62,816 bases of DNA, from NCBI GenBank assembly GCA_002811645.1, contig PDIP01000066.1, forward strand, positions 1 through 62,816. The letters run 5' to 3'. The position numbers were made by a program, and so were the translations under genes. Shown here piece by piece: positions 47,944-58,100 of this stretch (its first letter is position 1; every line of letters starts with the position of its first letter). The notes beneath the pieces were generated by a model. The model was not told the DNA's origin, ran no database searches, and saw only the letters and a list, made by a program, of their open reading frames with translations. Source of the stretch: Corallochytrium limacisporum Hawaii. Its lineage: Eukaryota; Protista; Pluriformea.

Positions 47944-49563
47944 TTACTGCATGGTGGGCATGCTGACAGCGGCTTTGCTCTCAGTGGCATCCTGCTCGCG
48001 CCACAAGCTGGTGATGGTCTTCGTACTGGTGTAGAATTGGATGGCACCCTTGCCGTAGAAGTTGTTGGTACCGATGAAGGAGCCGCGAGATCCGGTGAAG
48101 CTCATCATGGGCAAAGGGACAGGGATGGGAACATTGACACCAATCTGACCAACATCGACTTCGTGTTGGAACTTGCGAGCGCTGGCACCAGACTTGGTGA
48201 ACAGAGCGGTACCGTTACCGTAGGGGTTGTTGTTGATGGTCTCAATGGCATCGTCCAGAGAGTCAGCCTCCATGGCAATCATGACTGGTCCGAAGATCTC
48301 TTCCTTGTAGCACTTCATGTGGGGCTTCACACCGCGGATGATGGTGGGGCCGACATAGTTGCCGTTGGTGAATGGCTCTTCCAAGCCATCAACAGTGCGA
48401 CCGTCAAGCACGACCTCGGCTCCCTCTTCCTCAGCACTAGAGATCAGAGAATTAATGCGATCCTTTGACTGGGGAGAGATGACAGGGCCAAAATCAGTGT
48501 TGGGAGAGTTGGGATCACCAACCTTTAGCTTGCTCACGCGATCGACAATCTCGGGCAGCCATTCCTTGGACTCACCAACGAAGATAGCAGTGGTGAGAGC
48601 CATGCAGCGCTGGCCCGCGGCACCGAAGCTTGCACCGGACAATTGATTGATGGTGTGTTCCTTGTTGGCATCGGGCAGGATGACACCGTGATTCTTGGCT
48701 CCCAGGTTAGCCTGCACGCGCTTTCCGTTCTTGCTACCACGTTCATGAATGTAGTGTCCCGCGCGATCGCTGCCGACGAAAGAGATGGCCTTGATATCCG
48801 GGTGGTCACAAATAAAGTTCACACTGTCCACAGAACCGTGGATCATGTTCAGCACACCGTCCGGCACGCCAGCTTCCTTAGCCAGGCGCAGAAGATGGAC
48901 AGAGGCACTAGGGTTTCGCTCGCTGGGCTTCAGCAAAAAGGTGTTACCAGTCACCAGAGCCATGGGGAACATCCACAGCGGAATCATGGCGGGGAAGTTG
49001 AAGGGAGTGATGCCAGCGCACACACCCAAAGGCTGACGCAGGGAGAACATATCCAAGTCTTTGCTCAGCTGTTCAATGGTCTCTCCCATCTGCAGGCTGG
49101 TGATGCTGCACGCGTGCTCGACGACTTGGAGACCGCGTAGAACGTCACCCTGGGCATCCGGAGGGGTCTTGCCACCCTCACGAGTGATGTGCTTAGCAAT
49201 TTCGGGAAGCTGCTCGCGGACAAGAGCCTGCAGTTTGAACATGACCTGCTGGCGTGTCAGGATGCTAGTGTCGCGCCAGGCGGGGAAGGCGGCCTTGGCA
49301 GCATCGACAGCAGCTTCCATCTCTTGCTTGGTAGCCAGAGGGGTCTGAGCTACGACTTCGTTGGTGGCCGGGTTATGCACGTCGAGCCAGTCGTTGGTGC
49401 TGGACTGAACGAACTCACCATTGATGAAGAGGGGGATCTTCTCGGCCTTCAGTGCAGCAGCAGAGGCACTGAAGAAGCGTACCCAGGCCTGGGTAGCTTC
49501 GGGAGAAGCAACAGTATTCTTGAGAGCAGCAGAGCGCTGCAGGGCAGTCCGAGCCAACAGCAT
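47944..49563 (-). CDS. ALDH6A1: Methylmalonate/malonate-semialdehyde dehydrogenase (acylating), mitochondrial
   Basis: [46 protein letters not shown] and GVNVPIPVP. Confidence 0.97.
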   Translation of the reverse strand: MLLARTALQRSAALKNTVASPEATQAWVRFFSASAAALKAEKIPLFINGEFVQSSTNDWLDVHNPATNEVVAQTPLATKQEMEAAVDAAKAAFPAWRDTSILTRQQVMFKLQALVREQLPEIAKHITREGGKTPPDAQGDVLRGLQVVEHACSITSLQMGETIEQLSKDLDMFSLRQPLGVCAGITPFNFPAMIPLWMFPMALVTGNTFLLKPSERNPSASVHLLRLAKEAGVPDGVLNMIHGSVDSVNFICDHPDIKAISFVGSDRAGHYIHERGSKNGKRVQANLGAKNHGVILPDANKEHTINQLSGASFGAAGQRCMALTTAIFVGESKEWLPEIVDRVSKLKVGDPNSPNTDFGPVISPQSKDRINSLISSAEEEGAEVVLDGRTVDGLEEPFTNGNYVGPTIIRGVKPHMKCYKEEIFGPVMIAMEADSLDDAIETINNNPYGNGTALFTKSGASARKFQHEVDVGQIGVNVPIPVPLPMMSFTGSRGSFIGTNNFYGKGAIQFYTSTKTITSLWREQDATESKAAVSMPTMQ

Positions 49564-50295
49564 GATTAAGTGTATGTTTTGGTGATCAAACTAATGTGAA
49601 ATCCCGAACAATTACCTTCTTCGTGGGACTACTCTGATGCGTGATGGCTCTGGCCAATAAATACCATAACAGACCACCAACACCACCAGCTTGTGTTACA
49701 TAAGATTACACTTGAGGACATTGGAACGTTGGCACGTCCTCCAGACGATCCATTTGTTTCACCACACACGATCCAAACCTCCTTCCGCAGCGACAGAATG
49801 CGCGCGCCCCGCCTTGTCACACAGTCCCCCAAACAATCCGCACACACTCTCCCCTGTGCGACCTAAATCTCGTGAATTGGGGGTGAAAGTGTGTAAAAAG
49901 CCGCCGTTTTGGGAAGTCGGTTCGGAGCGGTGATCGCACACCGAAGGGTCTCTCTGTCTGTGTCCACTCTAACGTCCACGTACCCTGCAAACCCTGCTTC
50001 TCCCTGCAAACGCACTTGCCCGGTGTACCCGCCAGGCAGCACGAAGTGTCCCCAGAACCCAAAGAGAAAAAAAAAAAAAGGAAAATAGAAAAGTTATCAG
50101 GCAGGAGAGTGAGAGCGAAGGGCCGGGCAAATCGTCGGCGGTGGTGGTGGTGGTTTTATCAGCTTGCCCCGACAGAGAGGGAAACGGGCCTCGGGAGGTG
50201 CAGGAGAACCCGAAACGTCACACACCCACAGACACACGCAATACACAGACACACGCAGACTCGACCGCCGCCACAAATAAAAAGACAAAGGGCCC

Positions 50296-50495
50296 NNNNN
50301 NNNNNNNNNNNNNNNNNNNNNNNNNNNNNNNNNNNNNNNNNNNNNNNNNNNNNNNNNNNNNNNNNNNNNNNNNNNNNNNNNNNNNNNNNNNNNNNNNNNN
50401 NNNNNNNNNNNNNNNNNNNNNNNNNNNNNNNNNNNNNNNNNNNNNNNNNNNNNNNNNNNNNNNNNNNNNNNNNNNNNNNNNNNNNNNNNNNNNNN
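50296..50495. other. Assembly gap (Ns); others at about 16910-16956 and 20594-20622
   Basis: Runs of N. Confidence 0.99.
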
Positions 50496-51206
50496 CCTCC
50501 CCCCCCCCCCCTCTCCTCCCAGGGCTCGCCCGCTTATTTTACGCCGAGTGTGAACCGCCTGTACCGAGAGCGCCCCGGACCCCCCCCTGCCCCACTCTTT
50601 CGCTAGGCCTCCTCTTTACCTCTGCCCAAAAGACGAGGACTGGAGGAACTCATACTGAAAGAGTGGGAAATTCTGACGTGTTCTCAATTCTTCAGCTCTT
50701 TCTGTTTGACCCGAGGATGAGATGGGAAGGAATCCCCGACTCGGGAAAGGGGGGAATTTCGAGACCACAACAAACACTGCGAGCACTGCGCCATTGCGTT
50801 GATATTTTCGCCGTGTATTCACTATGTAATAGGGGCAGGAACGGACGAGGGTCCTGACGCGTGGGAAGCTCTGCCCGCGATGGTAGAGGAGGAGTGTTTC
50901 GGGTTCGGAGCGGTGAGAAAAAAAATACTGGGAGGCGGATTGAATCACTAAACAGCTTCAAGTAAATCGAGAACTGAACCAGTTAGTAGATCTCGGTGGG
51001 GTAGGAAGCTTTTGATTATAAATCAAAATGCATATTACAAGTACTGAATAGTCCTGCCTTGATTAGGAATGCAAGTGCCTGATCGGAGGAGGGGGTTCGC
51101 TCGACCGGCTATTTCCGACGGCGTTCATGAGTGAGCCACTGGTTTTGCAATGTGTTCAAGCTTTGATCATGGACCCCCGGATGATCCGCACAGGCAAGCG
51201 TAGAAC

Positions 51207-51929
51207 ATGGCCACCGTGATGTTGGCGCTAAGACGCTGCAGAGTTCGAGCCACGGGAGTGTTCGAATCTCAGCGGAGACCGGCGTCAAACATAACACCAA
51301 ACAGCCTGCCAGCGGGACTGGAGGTTATCCGGGGCGCCATCTCGAAAGATCAAGAGAGCACTTTATGGAATGAGCTGTCGAATTATGCCAATCAGTACGG
51401 ACAAGGATCTCCCAATGATGAACCACACCGTAGGCAGATAGCAACCATCTACAAGGACGAGTGGAAAATTCTGACCAACGCACATTCGATTGCAGAAGAT
51501 CTGGATCGGAAACACAACATTTTCGCAGACGGGCTAGATTCAGGTCAGATTAACCACTATGGCCCTGGTGGTGGCTGTCCCTACCATGTAGATGCGCCTT
51601 CGGTTGGTGGTGTGATTGCGATGCTCAGTCTGGGCTCGACTGTAAGGCTCTCCCTGCGGAAATCTCCCAAAGACGACAATACTCCCGTACCGGATACCGA
51701 TGTGTTCAAGGTCGAAATGCATCCTGGGGATATTGCAATTCTGCGTGATGATGTGCGTTGGAACTATGAGCATGGCATCGTTGGAGATGACGCAAATATG
51801 GACGAAGATCGCATTAGCCTGGTCTTCTGGAGCTCGAAAAGAGCAGAGAAAAGAAGCCCACTGGATCGGAGGAGGCCGGCGACCACACGCCTGGTCAGGA
51901 AGCCATCGTTCGCAAAGCCAATGATCTAG
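51207..51929 (+). CDS. AlkB-like 2OG-Fe(II) dioxygenase
   Basis: INHYGPGGGCPYHVD (HxD), IAMLSLGS, RWNYEHGI and RISLVF. Confidence 0.85.
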   Translation: MATVMLALRRCRVRATGVFESQRRPASNITPNSLPAGLEVIRGAISKDQESTLWNELSNYANQYGQGSPNDEPHRRQIATIYKDEWKILTNAHSIAEDLDRKHNIFADGLDSGQINHYGPGGGCPYHVDAPSVGGVIAMLSLGSTVRLSLRKSPKDDNTPVPDTDVFKVEMHPGDIAILRDDVRWNYEHGIVGDDANMDEDRISLVFWSSKRAEKRSPLDRRRPATTRLVRKPSFAKPMI

Positions 51930-52049
51930 TCATGGAATTAGAAATAAAGTATTGTAATGCTTTTGGTGAGATGCTAGAATGGAGAGAATAACTAAGAAAG
52001 GGGAAGAAAGGTATTGATTAGTACTTGAGAAGAATGAAACTAGATAAGA

Positions 52050-53210
52050 TCAATGTCCGGTCTCCGACGGATCCATGGGCCGTGGTCCGGCCATCATAAG
52101 ATGCAGAAGCGTGGAATTTATCGGTGTGGGTACACCATGTTTCTGGCCAAGGGCCACAATGGCACCATTGATGTTTTCGACTTCAGTTTCTCTACCCGCG
52201 ATGGCACTAACCAGCATAGATGTTTTGTTGTTCCTAGTGCCTTCGCAGACCTGGAGGACTTTTTTGTAGTTGGAATCGATATCGCCGACAGCGATGCCCT
52301 CTGCCTTTCCTACGGCAATGCACTCTTGGACGATATCCTTGGCGAGCTGTTGAACATGTTCGCTCTCCAGGAATATCTTATTGTGCTTCCCTAACAGGGC
52401 AGTCACAGGATTCACGACTGCGTTAACGACTAGTTTTTGAAAAATAGATTGGTTGATATCGTCGACCATGGTCACATCGGCGGTGTTCTGCTCTTGCATG
52501 CCACGGATCAAGCGGACCACGTGCCCACATTCAGGGTTGGCAGGTGATCCAATGGCGGCGACGGGTATGTTGCTGAGAGTCGCGCGCATTTGACAGGGGC
52601 AAAAGATCCGACCGGGGCGAGCAGCATCCAAGTAACCACCAGCCACCAAGATGCCTGCGTACACATTGGCGGCACCAGGCCATTTCAATTCTTTCAGGGC
52701 ATCTGCTAGTGCCGGGCCGGCACCCCAACCGTTCTGGAGAGCGAGGAGTTCACTCTTCTCAGAGTCTTGCTTCAATAGAGCACTAGCAATTGCAGCTGGG
52801 ACGCGATTGCGATTTACGTATTTGCCGAGAACCACAGCCACATCACAGCTGTTCAAATAAGCTTCAGGGATGCTGACTCGGGCCGTCTCGGCCAGTTTAC
52901 CCACGTCGTCGATGGCCAGACCGAGATCACGCATGCGTACGAACAGTGATTTGCAGGAGCTCATGTCCCAGCTGCAGGGTTCTTTGCCTTCCTCACCGCG
53001 GAGGAGCACTCCACATTGGCCCGACATCGCATCGATGTGTTCTTTATTGCCGCCAACCAGCAGGATGTCCGAGCAGACATGGGCGCGTACCAGAGACTCT
53101 GCCATCAGGGTGCCCATGGGTCCCATACCGATGATGGCTACCCGTGGTTTAGTAATTGCTGCCGTGGTTGACATTGTTTTCTTCAATAATGTTGCTATCG
53201 ATCCGTTCAT
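52050..53210 (-). CDS. panE: 2-dehydropantoate 2-reductase (ketopantoate reductase, ApbA/PanE)
   Basis: IIGMGPMG Rossmann motif, LQNG, KLVVNAVVNPVTAL, TSML..GRETEVENINGAIV and GVPTPIN. Alternative start at 53174. Confidence 0.93.
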   Translation of the reverse strand: MNGSIATLLKKTMSTTAAITKPRVAIIGMGPMGTLMAESLVRAHVCSDILLVGGNKEHIDAMSGQCGVLLRGEEGKEPCSWDMSSCKSLFVRMRDLGLAIDDVGKLAETARVSIPEAYLNSCDVAVVLGKYVNRNRVPAAIASALLKQDSEKSELLALQNGWGAGPALADALKELKWPGAANVYAGILVAGGYLDAARPGRIFCPCQMRATLSNIPVAAIGSPANPECGHVVRLIRGMQEQNTADVTMVDDINQSIFQKLVVNAVVNPVTALLGKHNKIFLESEHVQQLAKDIVQECIAVGKAEGIAVGDIDSNYKKVLQVCEGTRNNKTSMLVSAIAGRETEVENINGAIVALGQKHGVPTPINSTLLHLMMAGPRPMDPSETGH

Positions 53211-54436
53211 CCCATAGATTCGTCTGTGTAGTCCGTGCGAAAGGTCTGCGTGGTAGTGGTCTGGAGCTTGCGGGCACTGGTTGCGTAGCCACGGGAAGAG
53301 TTGGAGGCGGGAACCGGGTTTTCGCTGTATCCAGCCAGAGTGGCAGCCATGTTGGCTGCATCCTCGGGCTTCTTGTCAGCGACTGGTTCCGCAGGGGCAG
53401 GGGCAGGGGCAGAGTTCTTGGGTACATATTCCTCGCCCAATTCCTCAGCTCGAGAGCGCAGGATTTCTTCGCCTCTCTTGCTCATGATTTCGAACTGTTT
53501 GTCACTCATGCTAAAGCTGTGGTCCATAGACGGGAAGGAACGATTGCGCACTTCCTCACCATACTGTGTCAGTGCTTGACGAATGTCCTCTCCGACTGTG
53601 GCGTATTGTTTGCAGAAGGATGGCACGAAACGGTCGAATACGCCCAGCACATCCAGCTGGACCAGGACTTGTCCCGAAGTTTGGTTTCCCGCACCAATAC
53701 CAATGGTAGGAATGTTGATATGCTGCGTGATGTACTCAGCAACCCGATCAGGCACGCACTCAATAACAAGTCCCCAGCAGCCAGCGTCTTGGAGAGCCAG
53801 GGCGTCGTCGAGCAGCTGCGCTGCTTTGGCGCCACCGCGACCCTGAACGCGGAACCCACCCAGGGCTGCAGCGTACTGTGGAGTGAGACCAATATGTCCA
53901 AGAACCGGAATGCCTGCACTGACCAACTTCTCGGCCGTGGGAGCAATGTGGCGACCACCTTCCATCTTTACTCCTTCCATGCGGCCTTCTCGCACCAAGC
54001 GAATGGCATTCTTCATTGTTTCCTTTTCCGAAATCTGGAACGAACCAAAGGGCATATCACCGATCAGGAACGCGTTCTTTGCACCCCGCGATACCGCTTT
54101 GCAATGGTGCACCATGTCGTCCAAGGTCACTTCTGAGGTGGTCTCATAACCCAAAGCCACCATACCCAAAGAGTCACCCACCAGAATGATGTCCATTTCA
54201 GCACGATCGGCCCACAGCGCACTGGGGTAGTCGTAGGCGGTCATGACGCGAATTGGGGTGTCGTCCTTGTACAACTTCTTTAACGAGTTCACAGTTACTT
54301 TCTTGCGCTGACCTGCAGCAGGGGGCGGTGCATGTGCAGACATGGCGCGAACGAAGCTCACACCAGCAGCGCAGTGCACTGTGTTGGACTTCGCAAAGGT
54401 GCGAAGGCCGTTGGCTGCGAGACGTGCGAGAGCCAT
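53207..54436 (-). CDS. panB: 3-methyl-2-oxobutanoate hydroxymethyltransferase with a mitochondrial presequence
   Basis: MTAYDYPSA, ILVGDSLGMV, DMPFGSF, VKMEGG, HIGLTPQ and TIGIGAG. Confidence 0.97.
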   Translation of the reverse strand: MALARLAANGLRTFAKSNTVHCAAGVSFVRAMSAHAPPPAAGQRKKVTVNSLKKLYKDDTPIRVMTAYDYPSALWADRAEMDIILVGDSLGMVALGYETTSEVTLDDMVHHCKAVSRGAKNAFLIGDMPFGSFQISEKETMKNAIRLVREGRMEGVKMEGGRHIAPTAEKLVSAGIPVLGHIGLTPQYAAALGGFRVQGRGGAKAAQLLDDALALQDAGCWGLVIECVPDRVAEYITQHINIPTIGIGAGNQTSGQVLVQLDVLGVFDRFVPSFCKQYATVGEDIRQALTQYGEEVRNRSFPSMDHSFSMSDKQFEIMSKRGEEILRSRAEELGEEYVPKNSAPAPAPAEPVADKKPEDAANMAATLAGYSENPVPASNSSRGYATSARKLQTTTTQTFRTDYTDESMG

Positions 54437-54965
54437 TATTTTTTAAGTTTCCAACGTGAAAGAAAAGATGTTCTGTTTAGAAAGCGTTGTGATTCACCCC
54501 TTCTATCTATTCTCTCGTTGAACACAAAACCTCCATGACTTCCAGGACCCTACACAGTTTTGCACGTGTGATGTCTAAAATAGCTTGCATGACTCTAAAT
54601 ATAGCAACACCCCAGGACTTTGAATTCAACACTTCTGCGTAGGCTTCGCATGTCAGACGCAAGTTTCCTGCAAAGCTGTTCGCTTTGGGGCAAGCACACA
54701 GTACGCAAGTGAAGAAAAGACCGAGAGCGCCACCCAACCTTTTGAAGAAACGGTTGTCATCGTCTGCACGGACCCCGGTTGATGCAGTTCCTCCCGTGTC
54801 ACCTGCGGCGTGTTGAGCTGCGCACCACCAAAGGACAAAATTGAAGTGACTTCCTGCCCATCCGACGGAAAAATTGCGGGCATTTAGGTATGGACAGAAG
54901 TCCATTTTAAAATTAGATTTTGGGGTCCTGCGCTTTAGCCACTTTTTCGCGAGAAGAACGACACG

Positions 54966-55000
54966 ACACACACACACACACGCACACGCACACACGCACA
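54966..55000. repeat. (CA)n-rich microsatellite
   Basis: Imperfect CA/CACG run. Confidence 0.8.
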
Positions 55001-55126
55001 CCTCTCCGTCCGTCTTTCGGGCTTTACAGCGGACTGCCCTCCACGCAGTACCAAGGAAGCACGGGGAGTCGGGGGAAGCAGAAGGGCAGTCCTCCCTCCG
55101 TCACACCTCCACCCCTCCCTCCGGCG

Positions 55127-55184
55127 GGGCTCTTTGTTCCCTGCGGGCTCTGTGTTCCCTGCGGGCTCTGTGTTCCCTGCGGGC
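55127..55184. repeat. 18-bp minisatellite x3 (gggctctgtgttccctgc)
   Basis: Three near-identical tandem units. Confidence 0.9.
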
Positions 55185-58100
55185 GGTCCGGCTGATCCTT
55201 TAGGTGGGCGCCAATCAACCGCTTCTGGCTCTCCTGACCCAGCCGAAGAAGCTAAAGTCTACTTTTCCGTTTATTTCTTTTGTTTCTTTTTTTTTTGTTG
55301 GTGGGGCTCTGTTCAACTTTCTGCGCGCTTCACTCTCCAGTGCTCTGTCTTTCTTGTGGCCCTGCGATGGGTGCAGGGGCTTCGCCAAGCGCAATTGGCC
55401 AGGCTCACGCACTGCTGCCGTTCGCTGTCTGTGCGTGTGGCGGTGTGGCGCTCTCTTGACCCGTGTGCGGCCGGCCATTTTCCCGGTCCACCCCGCCGGG
55501 AGCTGTGGCCGGCGTGAATTTGTGGGCTGCCGACGTGTTCAAGTACTGAATTACTGGGTCTTTTTGCATGATTTTGCTTCCATTTTCTATTTTATCTTTC
55601 TCTCCAGGACCGGAAAAGGGACCCGCCGGAGGAAGAAGGGGGGGGATCAGGCCATGGTCGGATGGCTCAAAAAGGAAGTGTCTGGTGATTCATCAAAATT
55701 CAAATTTATATACTGAATATACTGCCAAAGATCCCGGGACGTGTGCGTAAGAGACGTCCGGGGGCTGGCGGGGTGGATGAACGACACGCGGGGGGGGGGC
55801 TAGTCGGAAGGTCTTAAATTAGTGAACCCCACGCGCCTGCCCTGGCGCTCAGTAGGGAGTCAGCTCATATGTCATTAATACAAGTAACAACATCCACTGC
55901 CTACTGTCAATATAAAATAAACCATTATTTTCACAAATTATACTAGTCATATCAACATATATTGACGACTTAAGCTCCCATGCACCCGAACGGGGCGGCA
56001 TGATCTGAGGAATCGTTGCAATATTTTCAGACCGCCGACGGCTCACAAGAAACAAGAAAAAAAGAAAAGAAAAGGAAAGTACAAAAAACTGGGGCCGCCC
56101 TGCATGTGGCACGCAACTACTTACCCAATCACATGCCGCTATGATAGCTCTACCATCTTAAATATAACAAGGCAGGCAAACCACCAAGCAAAAAAGAAAT
56201 GGGTGAGCCACTTTGACCACCCCCGTGTCTCCCCTTTTCCCATTACCCCGGTACTTGGAAAAAAATCAGAACGAAGGAACCAAATCGCGTACAACCAAAA
56301 AAAAATAGGGGAGGCAGAGGTGAGATAGACCGGGCGGTGGTGGAAGGCACAACCGTGACACTCCGCTCGGTGCCCCAAACTTTTTCCCCCTCGGGGGGGG
56401 GGGAGAGAGACGTCGGATTCTTGAAAAAAAAAACACATTTCCTGAAAAGTCTTTCTCTTTGGGAAGAGGGGGGGGGAGGGGGTAAAAGTAGTAGGGGTGC
56501 GGTTGGGGGAGGGGCCTGTGGTGGTTCCAGGGCCTCTGTGTGTGCTGGCATTGTCTGGTACTAAAACTTCCGTGTTTTATGCAACCGGTCGGCGTGAATT
56601 TGGGGTTGCAATGCGCGTTTGACACGCAAGTCTCAAACGGTCTCACGCGGCACAGGTTGACAGGCGAGGCGAAGGTAGGGGGCAATTGAGGAGCGAATTA
56701 GTACTGCGGTCGCTTTTCACTTTTTTTCTTTGGGTCTCCGTCTTTGTCTTTCTGCACTACTGGTGCACCGTGTCCAGAGTTTGCTTTGGCCATTTTCTCA
56801 TCTTGTTTCTTTGTGTTTTTATTTTTGTTTTTATTTTTAGGCACCGTCAGACCACCTTTTTTTTTTCTTCCCGACCGATCGCGCGGCCCGTGATCAGCAT
56901 GCCCACTGGCCACTGCCACGGCTGTGGTACGCAACATTCGACTGGTCGCGGTTCAGCATCTATGGTTCCCTGTTCGCTCTTTGGCCGGCTGGTCGGGCCC
57001 CGTCGCGTTTGGGTGCTCGGACGATGATGGTGCGATGTAGTATCTTAGGATTGTACGTGTGTGCGTCTGGATGTAGGCAGGGAAGAAAGATCTGTTAACG
57101 GCTGGTGCCTCGTTCTTTAAAGGCACGGCGCACCTGCTACAGGACCCACTGTGTCGCGGACCTCTGCGAGTGCTACGGGAAGACCAAGGTGATACCGGGC
57201 TCAGATGGTCCAAAGTCAGAGTGGAAAGCCTGATCCCTCCTGCTGTGTCAGGCCACACCACACCGACTGATCATACTTCAAAGGTCCGGGAGTGTTGAAC
57301 GCGGGGGCGCGACGAATGCTGCGAAACAAAGGAAGAAATGGTTTTGGTACGAGCGAACAAACGGGAATTGACAAATCTGTATGCGCAGCCTACCAGGAGC
57401 AACAGCCGTACTCCAGACGATCTTCGTGTCCTGTGTACTGCCCTCATCCGCCATGCTCACACGCAGCCCGCTGACACACCCTTTACGAGTCGTAGCTTCC
57501 TCGTCAACATGCTAGCCTGACTGACTACCTGTCACTTTCACAAGCATTGTTGCAGCTACCTCCTTCAGAGACACACCATACATTGAGACAGACTGTCCAA
57601 AACTCTTTGATCACTCTTCCATATATTTACTATCACACACTTTGAAGTCGCTCCCGCAGGATGTATTGCCTTTTAGTCAAAACTACTGGAACTGTGGAAC
57701 CGATAATCTCCGGGGCCGTCCACCACCTTGTGCACTCCCTTCTATTCTTCTCCCAGCAGCCGAACAACAACCCTGCCGACACACACGGCACCCCCTTCCT
57801 AAGGAACAAAAACTACGCACAGTCTCATGACCCAAAGCGAGGCCCGCAGCAGCTGATCAAAGGCCTTGAAATGTAATAGAAAGAATCTTTTGTAATTTCC
57901 TTCGCCTGTTCCTCTGTTGAGGTTCTCTACAATGGTAGTTGTCCATTGACGCGTACAATGTGGCATTGTTCATTTGCTGGCGAAGGGGGGCCGGTTAAGG
58001 GGCTGAAGGTGAGTGTGTGTTCGTTTGCACAATTGGAGAAGGGTTCCAGCTTCCATACGCCTATCGTTAATTTGAATTTGTGCCAGTGGTCAGGGTATCA

